From Fimbriimonadia bacterium (GTDB lineage Bacteria > Armatimonadota > Fimbriimonadia > Fimbriimonadales > JABRVX01), in NCBI GenBank assembly GCA_041483895.1, contig JBGPGO010000023.1, positions 1 through 51,739 of the forward strand: a DNA stretch of 51,739 bases, read 5' to 3'. Below, one piece after another: positions 1-9,785 of this stretch (the first letter of the stretch is position 1; every line of letters starts with the position of its first letter). The position numbers were made by a program, and so were the translations under genes. The notes beneath the pieces were generated by a model. That model did not search any database, was not told where the DNA came from, and saw only the letters and a list, made by a program, of their open reading frames with translations.

Positions 1-255
1 AGTTGCCGCCACCGCGCGCGGCATCCAATAGTCCCCTCCCCACTTGCGACTCGGTCAGGAGACCGGTCGCATCTGAGTTGCCGCCACCGCGCGCGGCATC
101 CAATAGTCCCCTCCCCACTTGCGACTCGGTCAGGAGACCGGTCGCATCTGAGTTGCCGGCACGGCGCGCGGCATCCAATAGTCTCATCCCCACTTGCGAC
201 TCGGTCAGGAGACCGGTCGCATCTGAGTTGCCGGCACTGCGCGCGGCATCCAATA
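1..255. repeat. 75-bp tandem repeat (~3.4 units, may extend beyond the window), each full unit carrying a REP-like hairpin
   Basis: Units start at 1, 76, 151 and 226 (AGTTGCCG...GGTCGCATCTG) and are near identical. Internal hairpin TGCGAC-T-CGGTC-AGGA-GACCG-GTCGCA. Confidence 0.95.
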
Positions 256-326
256 AGCTCCTTCGAGTGAACCCGGCAACCCTGCTGAGCGTCTGACCCA
301 TTGGACATAACAGACGGGAGCGATTG

Positions 327-1643
327 ATGCAAGGAACAAAATGGAATATGGTCGTTGTTGGCTGCGTGGTGGCAGGCTTTGCTTGGGGTAAAGGCGGCTG
401 GCCCAGCTTTGACTCGGTTCGGATGACTGTGAAAGAAAAGGGTGAAATTCGATCCGATAAGACGTATATATTTGTCAGGCGCGGAAATGACACACGAGTA
501 GAGGGCACGTTCGCTATCAATGCGAGCTTCGCCAAGGTTCCCCATGTGGAGCTGGCGAATACTACTGGCCAATTCCTTTTTGTCCCCGAGTTCGGCAGCG
601 CGTTGAAGCTCTTGTGGCCAATTGATCAGGATCGTCTTAACTTGGCGGTCCCAATCCCGGCTTGCAGAATCGTATTTGATGGTCCAAAGGAGTTGCTGCA
701 AGAGGGATTCCCTGGACCGGTACGCTTAGACGGTAAGGAAAAGATCGCCGGGCGGGATTGCTACGTGGTTACCACGGCTGACGGGCCAAACAGCGCATAC
801 CAAGAAAAACTTTGGATCGATGAAACTTACGGCATCTTGCTCAAGAAGCAGAACTTAGAGCAAGGAAAAGCCACATTCGAGCGGGTCGTCACAGAGATAA
901 GCTTCAATTCTAAATCCGACACTGTCGGCTTCGAGTTGCCTGTTGGGACGAAGGTCGTCAACGGCATCGTGTCTCCGGGGTCGTTTGAAAAATTAGGCGC
1001 GCTTGGCGAAATCGGTATGGCGGCAGAGCTCGCCACCTATGTGAGCAAGGAGAGGAATAGCGCCACCATGGCGGGCTGGGTCTCAGTCATCTCGGCGCCT
1101 GCCGGACTGAAGTATGCGACCACCAGCTACCGCCCGCCGGTGAGAATTTGGCGGACTACCGTCGTAACCGTTCCAAACGCCGCAACCCAGAACTCTCGCA
1201 ATAACAATGATAACAACAACGGATCCGACCGGACGAGCCGAAGGCAGAGAATTCGCGAACAGCAGTTGGCCCGCATCCAAACCATGAATCCCACAAGCGC
1301 CCGTATCAACAATCGCCCCCAGACAGCCACGAAAACCGAAGCGGTCTTCACGGAGGGCATGTTCGTAAGCGAGTTTATCGATCCTGAGACGGGCAAGACG
1401 CTGGCATTCTATCAGTCCGGGGACACGGACCCAACCCAGAGCATCGCGCCAAAATCGATGCTGGGCGCCGGCGAAGACATCCTCGTTAATGGCACTAAAG
1501 GAAAGGTCTACTCAACCAAGGAGCCGTTCCAGTTCGTTACCGTGGTTTGGAAGTCGGGCTCCGCGTGGTATGGCCTCGCGGCATCGGGTCTTTCTGCGGA
1601 ACAGCTCGTGCCGATAGCGAACGGCGTCAAGCGGCTTCAGTAG
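327..1643 (+). CDS. Exported hypothetical protein, possibly LolA/RseB-like fold
   Basis: Long ORF with signal peptide (VVVGCVVAGFAWG). Motif EKIAGRDCYVV...LWIDETYGILLK resembles LolA/MucB-RseB-like proteins. GGGAG lies upstream of ATG 327. Confidence 0.55.
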   Translation: MQGTKWNMVVVGCVVAGFAWGKGGWPSFDSVRMTVKEKGEIRSDKTYIFVRRGNDTRVEGTFAINASFAKVPHVELANTTGQFLFVPEFGSALKLLWPIDQDRLNLAVPIPACRIVFDGPKELLQEGFPGPVRLDGKEKIAGRDCYVVTTADGPNSAYQEKLWIDETYGILLKKQNLEQGKATFERVVTEISFNSKSDTVGFELPVGTKVVNGIVSPGSFEKLGALGEIGMAAELATYVSKERNSATMAGWVSVISAPAGLKYATTSYRPPVRIWRTTVVTVPNAATQNSRNNNDNNNGSDRTSRRQRIREQQLARIQTMNPTSARINNRPQTATKTEAVFTEGMFVSEFIDPETGKTLAFYQSGDTDPTQSIAPKSMLGAGEDILVNGTKGKVYSTKEPFQFVTVVWKSGSAWYGLAASGLSAEQLVPIANGVKRLQ

Positions 1644-1696
1644 GCGCGGGCCAGCTTGCCGAAACTCTTCCGTCCGCCAATTCCAAGGGCCCGCGT
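1640..1696 (+). repeat. REP-like element, family B (GTAG(A/G)CGCGGGCC...GGCCCGCGT)
   Basis: Related copies at 3901 (+), 4096-4150 (-) and 12985-13043 (+). Lies between convergent genes. Confidence 0.7.
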
Positions 1697-1700
1697 TTGA

Positions 1701-3815
1701 CTAGCCGCCTTTGCCGGCAACAAGCCAGCCGATAAAGAACTCCATCATCCGCTCGTGGCTAACTCCCGAATGACCCCAATCCGGTCCGATCTGGACCTCG
1801 AACCACTTCCGCTTCCGTTGCAACTCTTGGACGAGTTGGTAGGTATTCGCCGGGTGTACGTTGTTGTCCGACGTCCCATAAAACAGCAAAAGCCTGCCCT
1901 TCAGATTTCCGGCGTAGGTCATCGCGCTGCCCTCTTTGTAGCCCTTTTCGTTCTCCGAGGGCAGCCCCATATACCGCTCGGTATAGATTGAATCGTAGTT
2001 GTGCCAATCAGTGACCGGGGAGCAGGCACAGGCGGCCTGGAATAGATCGGGATAGCGCAAAATCGCCATCGCCGACGCGTAACCGCCATAAGAAGTTCCC
2101 TCAATCCCAACCTTCGTCACGTCCACATAAGGCCGCTGCTCCAGAAACTTTACACCCGCAGCCTGGTCGTCGATTTCCACCACTCCCATCTTCCGATACA
2201 TCTCGTCCTTGAACGCCTTGCCGCGGCCGCTCGTCCCCCTGCCATCGAACGACGCTTGCAAAAAGCCGTAGTCCGTATCGGCATCCGGCATCGTGAACTT
2301 CTCGGAGCCGCTGCCCGATTCCGGGCCCGCGTAGACACTTACCAACAGGGGATACTTCTTCTGCTGATCAAAATTGGCCGGCTTGGAAAGCGTTCCGTAC
2401 AGTTTCGTCAGTCCGTCCGCCGCCGTGTATTCAAACCGCTCTACCGTCTGAAATCCACGAGTCTTGAATTCGGTTAGGGCGCCGGTCGCCAACGTCGTCA
2501 AGATTTTCCCCGTGGAATCCACGAGGCGGGTAGAGGGCGGCGTGTCAATCGTCTCGGCTATGTCGGTAAAGCTCTCGCAGTCGGGTGAAAGGCTCACCAT
2601 GTGGTTGAGCGCGGGATCGGTGAGCCGCACGTCCCCTTTGCCGTCCAACCCCACGCGATGGAGCTGCTGCCGGTACGGGCTGCTTCCATCCCGCGCCATA
2701 TAAAACAACCGATTCTTAGCAAGATCGACTCGCACGATGCTGGCGACCTCGAACGGGTTCTTCGTGATCGGCGTGATGTCGCCGGTCTTGAGATCAAGCA
2801 GATAGTAGTTGGAATAGCCCGTCCGCTCGCTGAGCCAAATCGCCTTGCCTTTGTATTGAGGCGACTGTTCGATGTTTGGGTCCTCGTCGAGATAGGTGCG
2901 CTGTGGTTGGTTGTCAACCCAGCTCCTCCGCCATTCCTCATGCACGATGACGCGCACCTTTCCGGTCTTCGGGTCGGCCGCGCAGAACTCCATCGTGTTC
3001 TGCAGGCGATTGGCCCGGTGAAACCACAGCTCTTGGTTGTCCGGCGACCAGGAAATCCCGTACACATAGTGCCCGATCCCCTCGTCGAACGGTCGGCCTT
3101 CCCGCACATCAACCTGGATTTTTTTCCGCTTCCCCCGGTCGTAGATGAAAAGCTCCACTTCCGGATTGGGCGCGCCGGCCTTCGGATAGGGCTCCACATC
3201 CAACGTGTCCTGCACGTTCACGGCGCTCATCGCAAGATAGTATTCCGGCACCTTCGATTCGTCGAACCGGTAGTACCAGAGGTACTTGCCATCGCCGGCA
3301 AAGCCCATGGCCTCGCTCTGACCCAGTTCCTCGCCGTACACCCAACTGCCGACGCCGTACTTTATTTTCTTCTGCTTGTCCCCGTCCTTTGTCACCTGGA
3401 TCGGCTTCTTCTTCGCGTCCTTGTCAACGATGAAAACGTTGTTGTCCTTGGTGTATGCCTTCCACAAACCATCCTGGGTGAAGGCCTCAGCAAACTGCCT
3501 TCCCCGATCCGGCCTGCGCCTTCCCGCATTAGCATTTGGTCCGCGCTGGGTCCTATCGCGGGGCGGAGCATCCCCGGTGAATTCGGCGACCGCGCCCGTA
3601 GCCGTGTCCACCCGCCACTGTTTATCCTGCCAGTTGTAGATAAATCCCTTGCTGTCCGCGCTCCAGGTCCCGCGCACATCCCCCCGCACCACCGCGCCAT
3701 TGCGCAGTTCGCTCATCTTGGCGTGATTGTCGAATCCGGGCATAGACGGCAACCGGTCTTGGGCAAAGCCTGTGGCTGCGAAGGCAAGGACGGGCAGAAC
3801 GAACGATCGGAACAT
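1701..3815 (-). CDS. S9B dipeptidyl peptidase IV family protein, secreted
   Basis: Signal peptide, DPPIV N-terminal propeller (WVYGEEL, YPKAG), catalytic GTSYGG, DNNVH, C-terminal His. Confidence 0.93.
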   Translation of the reverse strand: MFRSFVLPVLAFAATGFAQDRLPSMPGFDNHAKMSELRNGAVVRGDVRGTWSADSKGFIYNWQDKQWRVDTATGAVAEFTGDAPPRDRTQRGPNANAGRRRPDRGRQFAEAFTQDGLWKAYTKDNNVFIVDKDAKKKPIQVTKDGDKQKKIKYGVGSWVYGEELGQSEAMGFAGDGKYLWYYRFDESKVPEYYLAMSAVNVQDTLDVEPYPKAGAPNPEVELFIYDRGKRKKIQVDVREGRPFDEGIGHYVYGISWSPDNQELWFHRANRLQNTMEFCAADPKTGKVRVIVHEEWRRSWVDNQPQRTYLDEDPNIEQSPQYKGKAIWLSERTGYSNYYLLDLKTGDITPITKNPFEVASIVRVDLAKNRLFYMARDGSSPYRQQLHRVGLDGKGDVRLTDPALNHMVSLSPDCESFTDIAETIDTPPSTRLVDSTGKILTTLATGALTEFKTRGFQTVERFEYTAADGLTKLYGTLSKPANFDQQKKYPLLVSVYAGPESGSGSEKFTMPDADTDYGFLQASFDGRGTSGRGKAFKDEMYRKMGVVEIDDQAAGVKFLEQRPYVDVTKVGIEGTSYGGYASAMAILRYPDLFQAACACSPVTDWHNYDSIYTERYMGLPSENEKGYKEGSAMTYAGNLKGRLLLFYGTSDNNVHPANTYQLVQELQRKRKWFEVQIGPDWGHSGVSHERMMEFFIGWLVAGKGG

Positions 3816-3900
3816 GGGGCACCTCTAATTCTCGCGTGTGATTATCTATATACAAGCCGGAACCGAAAAGTTCCTTGAATCCGCGCATCCGAACCACCCG

Positions 3901-4150
3901 GTAGACGCGAGCCGACCTGCCGATTCCGAATTTGTGAAAAAACGTCGATGTGTTGGGGTTCACGTTTGTCGACAAGTCCACAAGTGCCGAAACCCCAGAC
4001 CCCAACACGAGCACCACGGCCGTATTTGGGTCTTTGGTTTTTTGTGATAGCAGCGTTATCAGCGGACGTGGACCCATATACATCTGGAGAAACTAACGCG
4101 GGCCATGGGTATCTGGGTCGAGAGGAATCGGCCGGACGCCCCGTGTCTAC
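3901..4150. repeat. Inverted pair of family-B GTAG repeats about 200 bp apart
   Basis: 3901-3927 GTAGACGCGAGCCGACCTGCCGATTCC versus reverse complement of 4124-4150 GTAGACACGGGGCGTCCGGCCGATTCC (22/27 identical). Confidence 0.7.
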
Positions 4151-6225
4151 GGCGCGGCAACCATCCGCTCGCCCTGGCGGGCGGGTTCACCGTATCGCGC
4201 GCCAGCATACTCCGGAACCAGCGACGCGATCTCGTCCATCACATCGCTCGGACCGAACGGCGGCGAGGCGGCTGTGAGGCGGAAGAGAATGTCGGCGAAT
4301 ACCTCCCACGGGGCTTTCGCCGACCCCACAGGCTGCAGAGCCTGATGAATTCGTTGCACCCGGCCCTCGACGTTCGTATAGGTCCCTTCGCGCTCCGCCC
4401 AGCTTTGGGCAGGCAGAAAGACGCTGGCGAACTCCTTGCACTCCGTCTCTAAGTAGTGCATCACCGCCAAGAACTCGACGTTTTCCAGGGCCTTTTCCGC
4501 CAACGCGCGGTCGGGGAATTCCGACAGCGGGTCCACGCAGTTAAGGAACAGCGCCGATATCTTCCCTTCGGCGGCCGCGCGGAGCATCTGTTCCGTGTTC
4601 ATTCCCGGTTCCGCGGGGGCGCCGAACCGGGCGCTATCGGACAAAGGGGCAAGACCCGGCAGACGGTCCGGCAGAACTCCCATCTCCGTCGCGCCGCGCG
4701 ATCCTGCTTCAGGGACAAGATAGTTGACGACTCCCGGCAGCTCACCGAGCTTCTGTTCCAGCGCCGCGCAGTCCGGATGGCGCTTGACCGCGCTCCCATA
4801 TAGCGTGACGCAATCGCCGCCGACGATCTCGATCGCCCGCCGCAATGCCTCCGCCGATACCCCGGTCTGCTTCTCGCACTCCTCTGGCGAGGACTGTTTG
4901 AGCAGGCCCTTGAGTAGCGCGGCCTCGGTCCCCGGTTTATATCGCAGGATCACGTCCGCAAACATATCCATGTCCGTCCGCTCCGTTGTTGCCACCACGA
5001 TCTTGGCGCCGTGCCGGAACGAGGCCTTGCGGACCCGTAGATAGACAATCGGCTGCTCGTCCGACAGTTCCATCGCAAACACCAGAATGCCGCGGGCCTT
5101 CTCCAAATCGGCTATCGGCGTGGGCATCATCCGATACTCGCCGGTCGCGCCGGTCGCCGGGATCATCCGGTGATCGATGTTGTTCGACCCAAATCCCTGG
5201 CGGAACAGCTTCTGGAACAGGTAGTTGTCTTCGTTGGCTGACTTGCCCCCGCCCAGACCCGCGACCCGCGCCGGTCCCGCCTTTCGGAACACCGCAATCA
5301 GTTCCGCGTAAATGTCATGCCATTGGGCGGGCACGAAATGGTCACCGCGACGGTGCAGCGGCGTCCCCGGCCGCTGATCCGTGCGCAGATTGTGATGTCC
5401 GAACTTGCCCTTGTCGCAGGTCCAATCCTCATTGACCGCCGGGTTGCCGCGCCCGCTAATCCGCACCATCGTGTTTCGCCGGTGGTCCAGCCAGATGCAG
5501 CAGCCGTTGGAGCAGCCGGTGCAAATCGTTTTCGTCGCGAGCAGGTCCCAGGGCCGGGCGCGGAACCGATATTCCTGGCTGGTCAGCGCGCCGACCGGGC
5601 ATATCTCGATTGTGTTCCCACTGAACTTGCTGGTGAAGTCGCTCATCTGGAACGTGTTCGGCTGCATCTGCGCGCCCCGGAACAGCATGGACAGCTGCCC
5701 GTCGCCGGAAATCTCCTCCGTAAATCGCGTGCATCGGCCGCATTGGATGCAGCGTTCCAGGTCCAGGCAGACATACTTGCTGAGCGGGAACGCCTTTGGC
5801 AAATGCCGTTTAATCTCCGTATATCTCGATGCCCCCGAACCGTAGAAGAGCGTGTTGTTCTGCAGCGGGCACTCCCCGCCCTTGTCGCAAATGGGGCAGT
5901 CGAGCGGATGATTGATGAGCAGAAATTCCAGAACACCCTTCCTGTCGTTGTGCACCGATTCGGTGTCGGTGTACACGACCATCCCCTTCGAAGCGGGCAG
6001 TGTACAGGCGGCTTGGGGTTTGGGCATTTTCTGGATCGTGCCGTCGTCCTTCTTCATCCCAATCTCAACAAGGCACATGCGGCACATCCCTACAGGCTTG
6101 AGCAGCGGATGGTAGCAGAAGATGGGGATCTCTTTGCGAATTCGCTTGACAGCCTCGACGATCAGCTCACCTTCCGGTACCTCCACTTCCTGGTCATCTA
6201 TCGTGATCGTGATCAACTCAGCCAA
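4147..6225 (-). CDS. nuoG: NADH-quinone oxidoreductase subunit G
   Basis: FCYHP..CRMC (2Fe-2S), HPLDCPICDKGGECPLQ, CIQCGRC, CPVGAL, YRFRARPW, N7-type CTGCSNGC. TTG start after GAGGAGG. Confidence 0.93.
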   Translation of the reverse strand: MAELITITIDDQEVEVPEGELIVEAVKRIRKEIPIFCYHPLLKPVGMCRMCLVEIGMKKDDGTIQKMPKPQAACTLPASKGMVVYTDTESVHNDRKGVLEFLLINHPLDCPICDKGGECPLQNNTLFYGSGASRYTEIKRHLPKAFPLSKYVCLDLERCIQCGRCTRFTEEISGDGQLSMLFRGAQMQPNTFQMSDFTSKFSGNTIEICPVGALTSQEYRFRARPWDLLATKTICTGCSNGCCIWLDHRRNTMVRISGRGNPAVNEDWTCDKGKFGHHNLRTDQRPGTPLHRRGDHFVPAQWHDIYAELIAVFRKAGPARVAGLGGGKSANEDNYLFQKLFRQGFGSNNIDHRMIPATGATGEYRMMPTPIADLEKARGILVFAMELSDEQPIVYLRVRKASFRHGAKIVVATTERTDMDMFADVILRYKPGTEAALLKGLLKQSSPEECEKQTGVSAEALRRAIEIVGGDCVTLYGSAVKRHPDCAALEQKLGELPGVVNYLVPEAGSRGATEMGVLPDRLPGLAPLSDSARFGAPAEPGMNTEQMLRAAAEGKISALFLNCVDPLSEFPDRALAEKALENVEFLAVMHYLETECKEFASVFLPAQSWAEREGTYTNVEGRVQRIHQALQPVGSAKAPWEVFADILFRLTAASPPFGPSDVMDEIASLVPEYAGARYGEPARQGERMVAAP

Positions 6226-6270
6226 TGGGACGCCTCCTCGCGGCCTTAATGCTACCCGTTGGAAGCGACC

Positions 6271-7920
6271 TCAGTCCCCGTTCATGCCGAAGTTGAGGAA
6301 GGTCAGGTTTAGGTCCTTCAGGTCCACCACGCCGTTTTCGCTCAGGTCCGTCGGGTCGTCAGACACGGTCTCTCCGAACTCGATGAACACCTGGTTCATG
6401 TCCTTTAGGTCGACCTTATTGTCCAACGTGGCGTCTCCATTGATCAATTCCGTGGACAGCGCGCTGACCCCGATCGCCGGAACCCCCCGGACGATTCGGG
6501 TCAGAAAGTGCGGAATTGAAAGTCGGACATCAAACAGCCCGGTGATAGGCAGGCTTAGATTATAGGCCCCCGCGGCATCCACGTTGAGGTCGCCCTCGTA
6601 CAGCACATTGGCCGTCGCCGGCTCCAAAAGCTGAATATGCACGGTGTGGGCGTGCGCGGGAGAGACGCCCCCCAACTCGATTGTGCCGGAGAGGGTCGTT
6701 GCGATCTTGGGGGAAGAGATCCAAATCGTCGTGCTCAAGTCATCTTCGATTCCCCGCCAAAGTATCTGGCCGGCCTTGTTCTTCGCCAGCAAGAAACAGT
6801 TCCTTTCCTTTCCGTATGCCTCTTTCGTCACGTTCGTCGTGCCGCTGAAAACGCATAGGTATCCGTTCGTGGTATCGCCCCGGCCCGCCCAGATGATGGT
6901 TCCATTGGAGGTAAATCCCAGCCCCGTGGCTTCCCGTCCGCCGCCCAGAATCGGCGAGCTGAAGTTCGTTGTGTCCAGGAACAGATCAGGTTGGGCGCTC
7001 GTCGCCGCCAGAGATTGACCCCGCCAAAGCGCAACCCCCGCTTCCGAGATCGCCACCGGCTGGCTCGAACGGTCCGGAGACGTCCCGAGCGCCGTCTTGC
7101 TGAGGTTCGTCGTATTCTTGAAGGTATCGAAGACGCCGCTCGTCGTATCTCCCGACCCCTGCCAAAGTGCGACCGCGTTGCCGCTGATCGCCTTTCCGAC
7201 CACGGTGCGGGGGCCCGAGCCCAACGCGGGCAGGCTCACGTTCGTCGGTCCGCGGTACAGATCGGTGGGGTCTCCGGCAACAGCCCCGCTCCATTCCACT
7301 TGGAAGCCGTTTACCGCCAGCATATTGCCAAAGTGGGTGCCGCCGCCGAGTACGCCGGCGCTGATATTCGATGACTCGATGAAGGCATCCCGAAAGCCAC
7401 CGGTATTCGATCCCCCGCCGGACCAGCCCAACTCTCGATTCGGCCCCAAAACCGCATTGAACACGAATGCGCCTGATCCGAGAATCGCCGTGCTCCAGTC
7501 GCTCGTTCCCCGATAAATGTGAAAACTGTCATACCAGACGGCGTTGCCGTTCGTGTCGAACCCAACCCCGGCTGCAAAATTGTCACCGGTCAGCGGCCCG
7601 CTTAGGTTGGTCTCGCCCAGGTAGACGTAGGTAACTCCCGCCATGTCCGTCGGCGCAATCCCCCACAACAATTCTCCCTGCTCGCCGATCGCATAGAGAA
7701 GGCTCGTGTGGTCAAATGTGAGCATATCGGCTCCGAAAGGCTGCCCGCCGACGAACGGATCGTAATAATCCCCGGTCGCGGTGAGCGCGAGATAGGCGGC
7801 GTGGCCGTTCGCGGACAACACCCCTTTGTTGGCATTTCCGAGGCCAACCGCCAGCTTTTGGTGGTTCATCGTTTGGCCAAATGCCGAGGTGCAGAGGAGG
7901 AGGGCAAGAAGCGGCCTCAT
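6271..7920 (-). CDS. Secreted repeat-rich protein with C-terminal dockerin-like domain
   Basis: Signal peptide MRPLLALLLCTSAFG, internal W.G repeats, ends GDATLDNKVDLKD...DLSENGVVDLKDLNLTFLNFGMNGD. Confidence 0.75.
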   Translation of the reverse strand: MRPLLALLLCTSAFGQTMNHQKLAVGLGNANKGVLSANGHAAYLALTATGDYYDPFVGGQPFGADMLTFDHTSLLYAIGEQGELLWGIAPTDMAGVTYVYLGETNLSGPLTGDNFAAGVGFDTNGNAVWYDSFHIYRGTSDWSTAILGSGAFVFNAVLGPNRELGWSGGGSNTGGFRDAFIESSNISAGVLGGGTHFGNMLAVNGFQVEWSGAVAGDPTDLYRGPTNVSLPALGSGPRTVVGKAISGNAVALWQGSGDTTSGVFDTFKNTTNLSKTALGTSPDRSSQPVAISEAGVALWRGQSLAATSAQPDLFLDTTNFSSPILGGGREATGLGFTSNGTIIWAGRGDTTNGYLCVFSGTTNVTKEAYGKERNCFLLAKNKAGQILWRGIEDDLSTTIWISSPKIATTLSGTIELGGVSPAHAHTVHIQLLEPATANVLYEGDLNVDAAGAYNLSLPITGLFDVRLSIPHFLTRIVRGVPAIGVSALSTELINGDATLDNKVDLKDMNQVFIEFGETVSDDPTDLSENGVVDLKDLNLTFLNFGMNGD

Positions 7921-7960
7921 GCCAACATGATACAATAGGTTCGATTTTATTGAGTGGCTC

Positions 7961-9778
7961 ATGGCAAGAAAACTGATAGATACCACCCGGCGGCTGCTGG
8001 AACAGGAGACCGGGACAATATATAAGACTCACGGCGGGGCGATTCGTATTGCTCTGTCGTTCCCGAATACCTACTATTTGGGGATGTCCAACCTTGGGTT
8101 CCAAGTGGTGTACCGCCTGTTCAACGAGCTGCCGGGGGTCGTATGCGAGCGAACATTTCTGCCGGAGCCAGACGACCAGCAGGAGCATCGGCGAACTCAA
8201 ACCCCCCTGTTCACGCTCGAATCTCGATCAAATGTGAAGGATTTCGACGTGCTGGCCTTCTCCGTGAGCTACGAGCTCGACTACCCGAACCTGCTGCACA
8301 TTATGGACCTGGCGGGGATACCGATCCGGGCAGCCGAGCGCGACGATCGCCATCCGCTCATTCTGGTAGGCGGACCGGTCACCATCCTGAACGCCGAGCC
8401 GCTCTGCGAATTTGTGGACGCGATGGTGGTGGGGGAGGCCGAAGAGCTGGTGGAGCCGATTGCGGACATATTGAAGGAGTTCCGGGGGGACAAACGCCGA
8501 ATTCTGTTAGAACTGGCAAAGTTACCGGGTCTGTACGTGCCCTCGTTCTATCAGGTTGATTATCACAAAGACGGAACCGTTCGCGGCTTTTCGTCCACCG
8601 AGGAGACATCGCTGCCGGTGCAGCGGCAGTGGGTGCGGTCGCTGGAACCGTATAACATCTCGAGCGTCATCACCACACCGAACACCGAATTCTCCAACAT
8701 GAAGCTGACCGAGATCATGCGGGGGTGCGGGCGTCATTGCCGCTTTTGCGTGGTCGGCTACGCCATGTTGCCTCCGCGATTCAAGAGCCAAGACACCGTG
8801 GTCGGCACATACGACAACGTCGGCCTGAGCGAGCGCGTCGGGCTGGTCGGCGCATCCGTGTATGACCATCCGGATTGCGAGACCATGACAAGCGACCTGG
8901 TGGCGAAGGGAATTAAATACAACGTAAGCTCCCTCCGCGCCGATACCATCACCGATCTGCTGGTCGAGAACATGTACAAGGGCGGTCAGAAGTCGATCAC
9001 CATCGCGCCGGAGGCCGGATCGGAACGGCTGCGCGGCTTCATCAACAAGGTGCTGACCGCCGACCAAATTCGATCCGCGGTGGAGAAGGCGATTCGAGCC
9101 GGCGTGCGGCGCGTGAAGCTTTACTACATGGTGGGTATCCCGTCGGAAACGATGGAAGATGTGGAAGGGATATGCGAGACGGCGGAAATGATCCGCCACG
9201 AGTATGGTCCCGAACGGATATCATTGTCGGTCAGTTGCCACGTGCCGAAACCCGGCGCGCCGTTCATGTGGGTGGGACAGGACCCCCAGCCGCTGTTGCA
9301 GCAAAAGGTGGACCACATCCGTGGACGGCTGCGAAAATATGGCAACGTGAAAGTGTTGGGAGAGAGTCCGCGCATCGCCAAGATCGAGGCCACGATGGCG
9401 CGCGGAGATCGGCGAGCATCAGCACTAGTATATGAATCATATCGACAGGGCAGCTACAGCAAATCGGTTTTGAGAGATAGTGGAGTTTCGCCTGCGTTTT
9501 TCGCCGACCGGCCGCGCGAATTTGACGAAGTTTTTCCATGGGATCTGATCGATCTGGGCTTCCCGAAAAGCTATCTGTGGAAAGAGTGGCAACGCGCGCT
9601 GAAGATGCAGTTCGATCCGCCGTGCGATGTTGCGTCCTGTTCCCGTTGCGGCCTCTGCCCGTCGGAACGCGACGCCCTCGACAAGCGCCCCTGGGTCGGC
9701 CTGACGGATTACCTCAATTCGCGCGGTTCGAAACGAAACCTGACACAACTCACGATCGCCGGTGGTCGCAAACCCTAA
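7961..9778 (+). CDS. Radical SAM protein (COG1032 / TIGR03960-like)
   Basis: FPNTYYLGMSNLG, RGCGRHCRFC (CxxxCxxC), APEAGSERLR, C-terminal CSRCGLC. Confidence 0.88.
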   Translation: MARKLIDTTRRLLEQETGTIYKTHGGAIRIALSFPNTYYLGMSNLGFQVVYRLFNELPGVVCERTFLPEPDDQQEHRRTQTPLFTLESRSNVKDFDVLAFSVSYELDYPNLLHIMDLAGIPIRAAERDDRHPLILVGGPVTILNAEPLCEFVDAMVVGEAEELVEPIADILKEFRGDKRRILLELAKLPGLYVPSFYQVDYHKDGTVRGFSSTEETSLPVQRQWVRSLEPYNISSVITTPNTEFSNMKLTEIMRGCGRHCRFCVVGYAMLPPRFKSQDTVVGTYDNVGLSERVGLVGASVYDHPDCETMTSDLVAKGIKYNVSSLRADTITDLLVENMYKGGQKSITIAPEAGSERLRGFINKVLTADQIRSAVEKAIRAGVRRVKLYYMVGIPSETMEDVEGICETAEMIRHEYGPERISLSVSCHVPKPGAPFMWVGQDPQPLLQQKVDHIRGRLRKYGNVKVLGESPRIAKIEATMARGDRRASALVYESYRQGSYSKSVLRDSGVSPAFFADRPREFDEVFPWDLIDLGFPKSYLWKEWQRALKMQFDPPCDVASCSRCGLCPSERDALDKRPWVGLTDYLNSRGSKRNLTQLTIAGGRKP

Positions 9779-9785
9779 CTTGCGG

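Noticed and set aside
1..255. CRISPR array
   Set aside because: The would-be spacers are near identical, no cas genes are present, and the hairpin occurs dispersed elsewhere.
3..296. 97-aa repetitive ORF
   Set aside because: It is the translation of the 75-bp repeat; the same peptide appears spuriously upstream of rpmG.
2601..3878. Long antisense ORFs (also 5317-6249, 22004-23065, 37206-38570, 48971-49876)
   Set aside because: They are shadows of well-supported genes in GC-rich DNA and have no recognisable motifs.
3838..4083. Small ORFs between the S9 peptidase and nuoG
   Set aside because: No RBS or motif, and they cross repeat elements.
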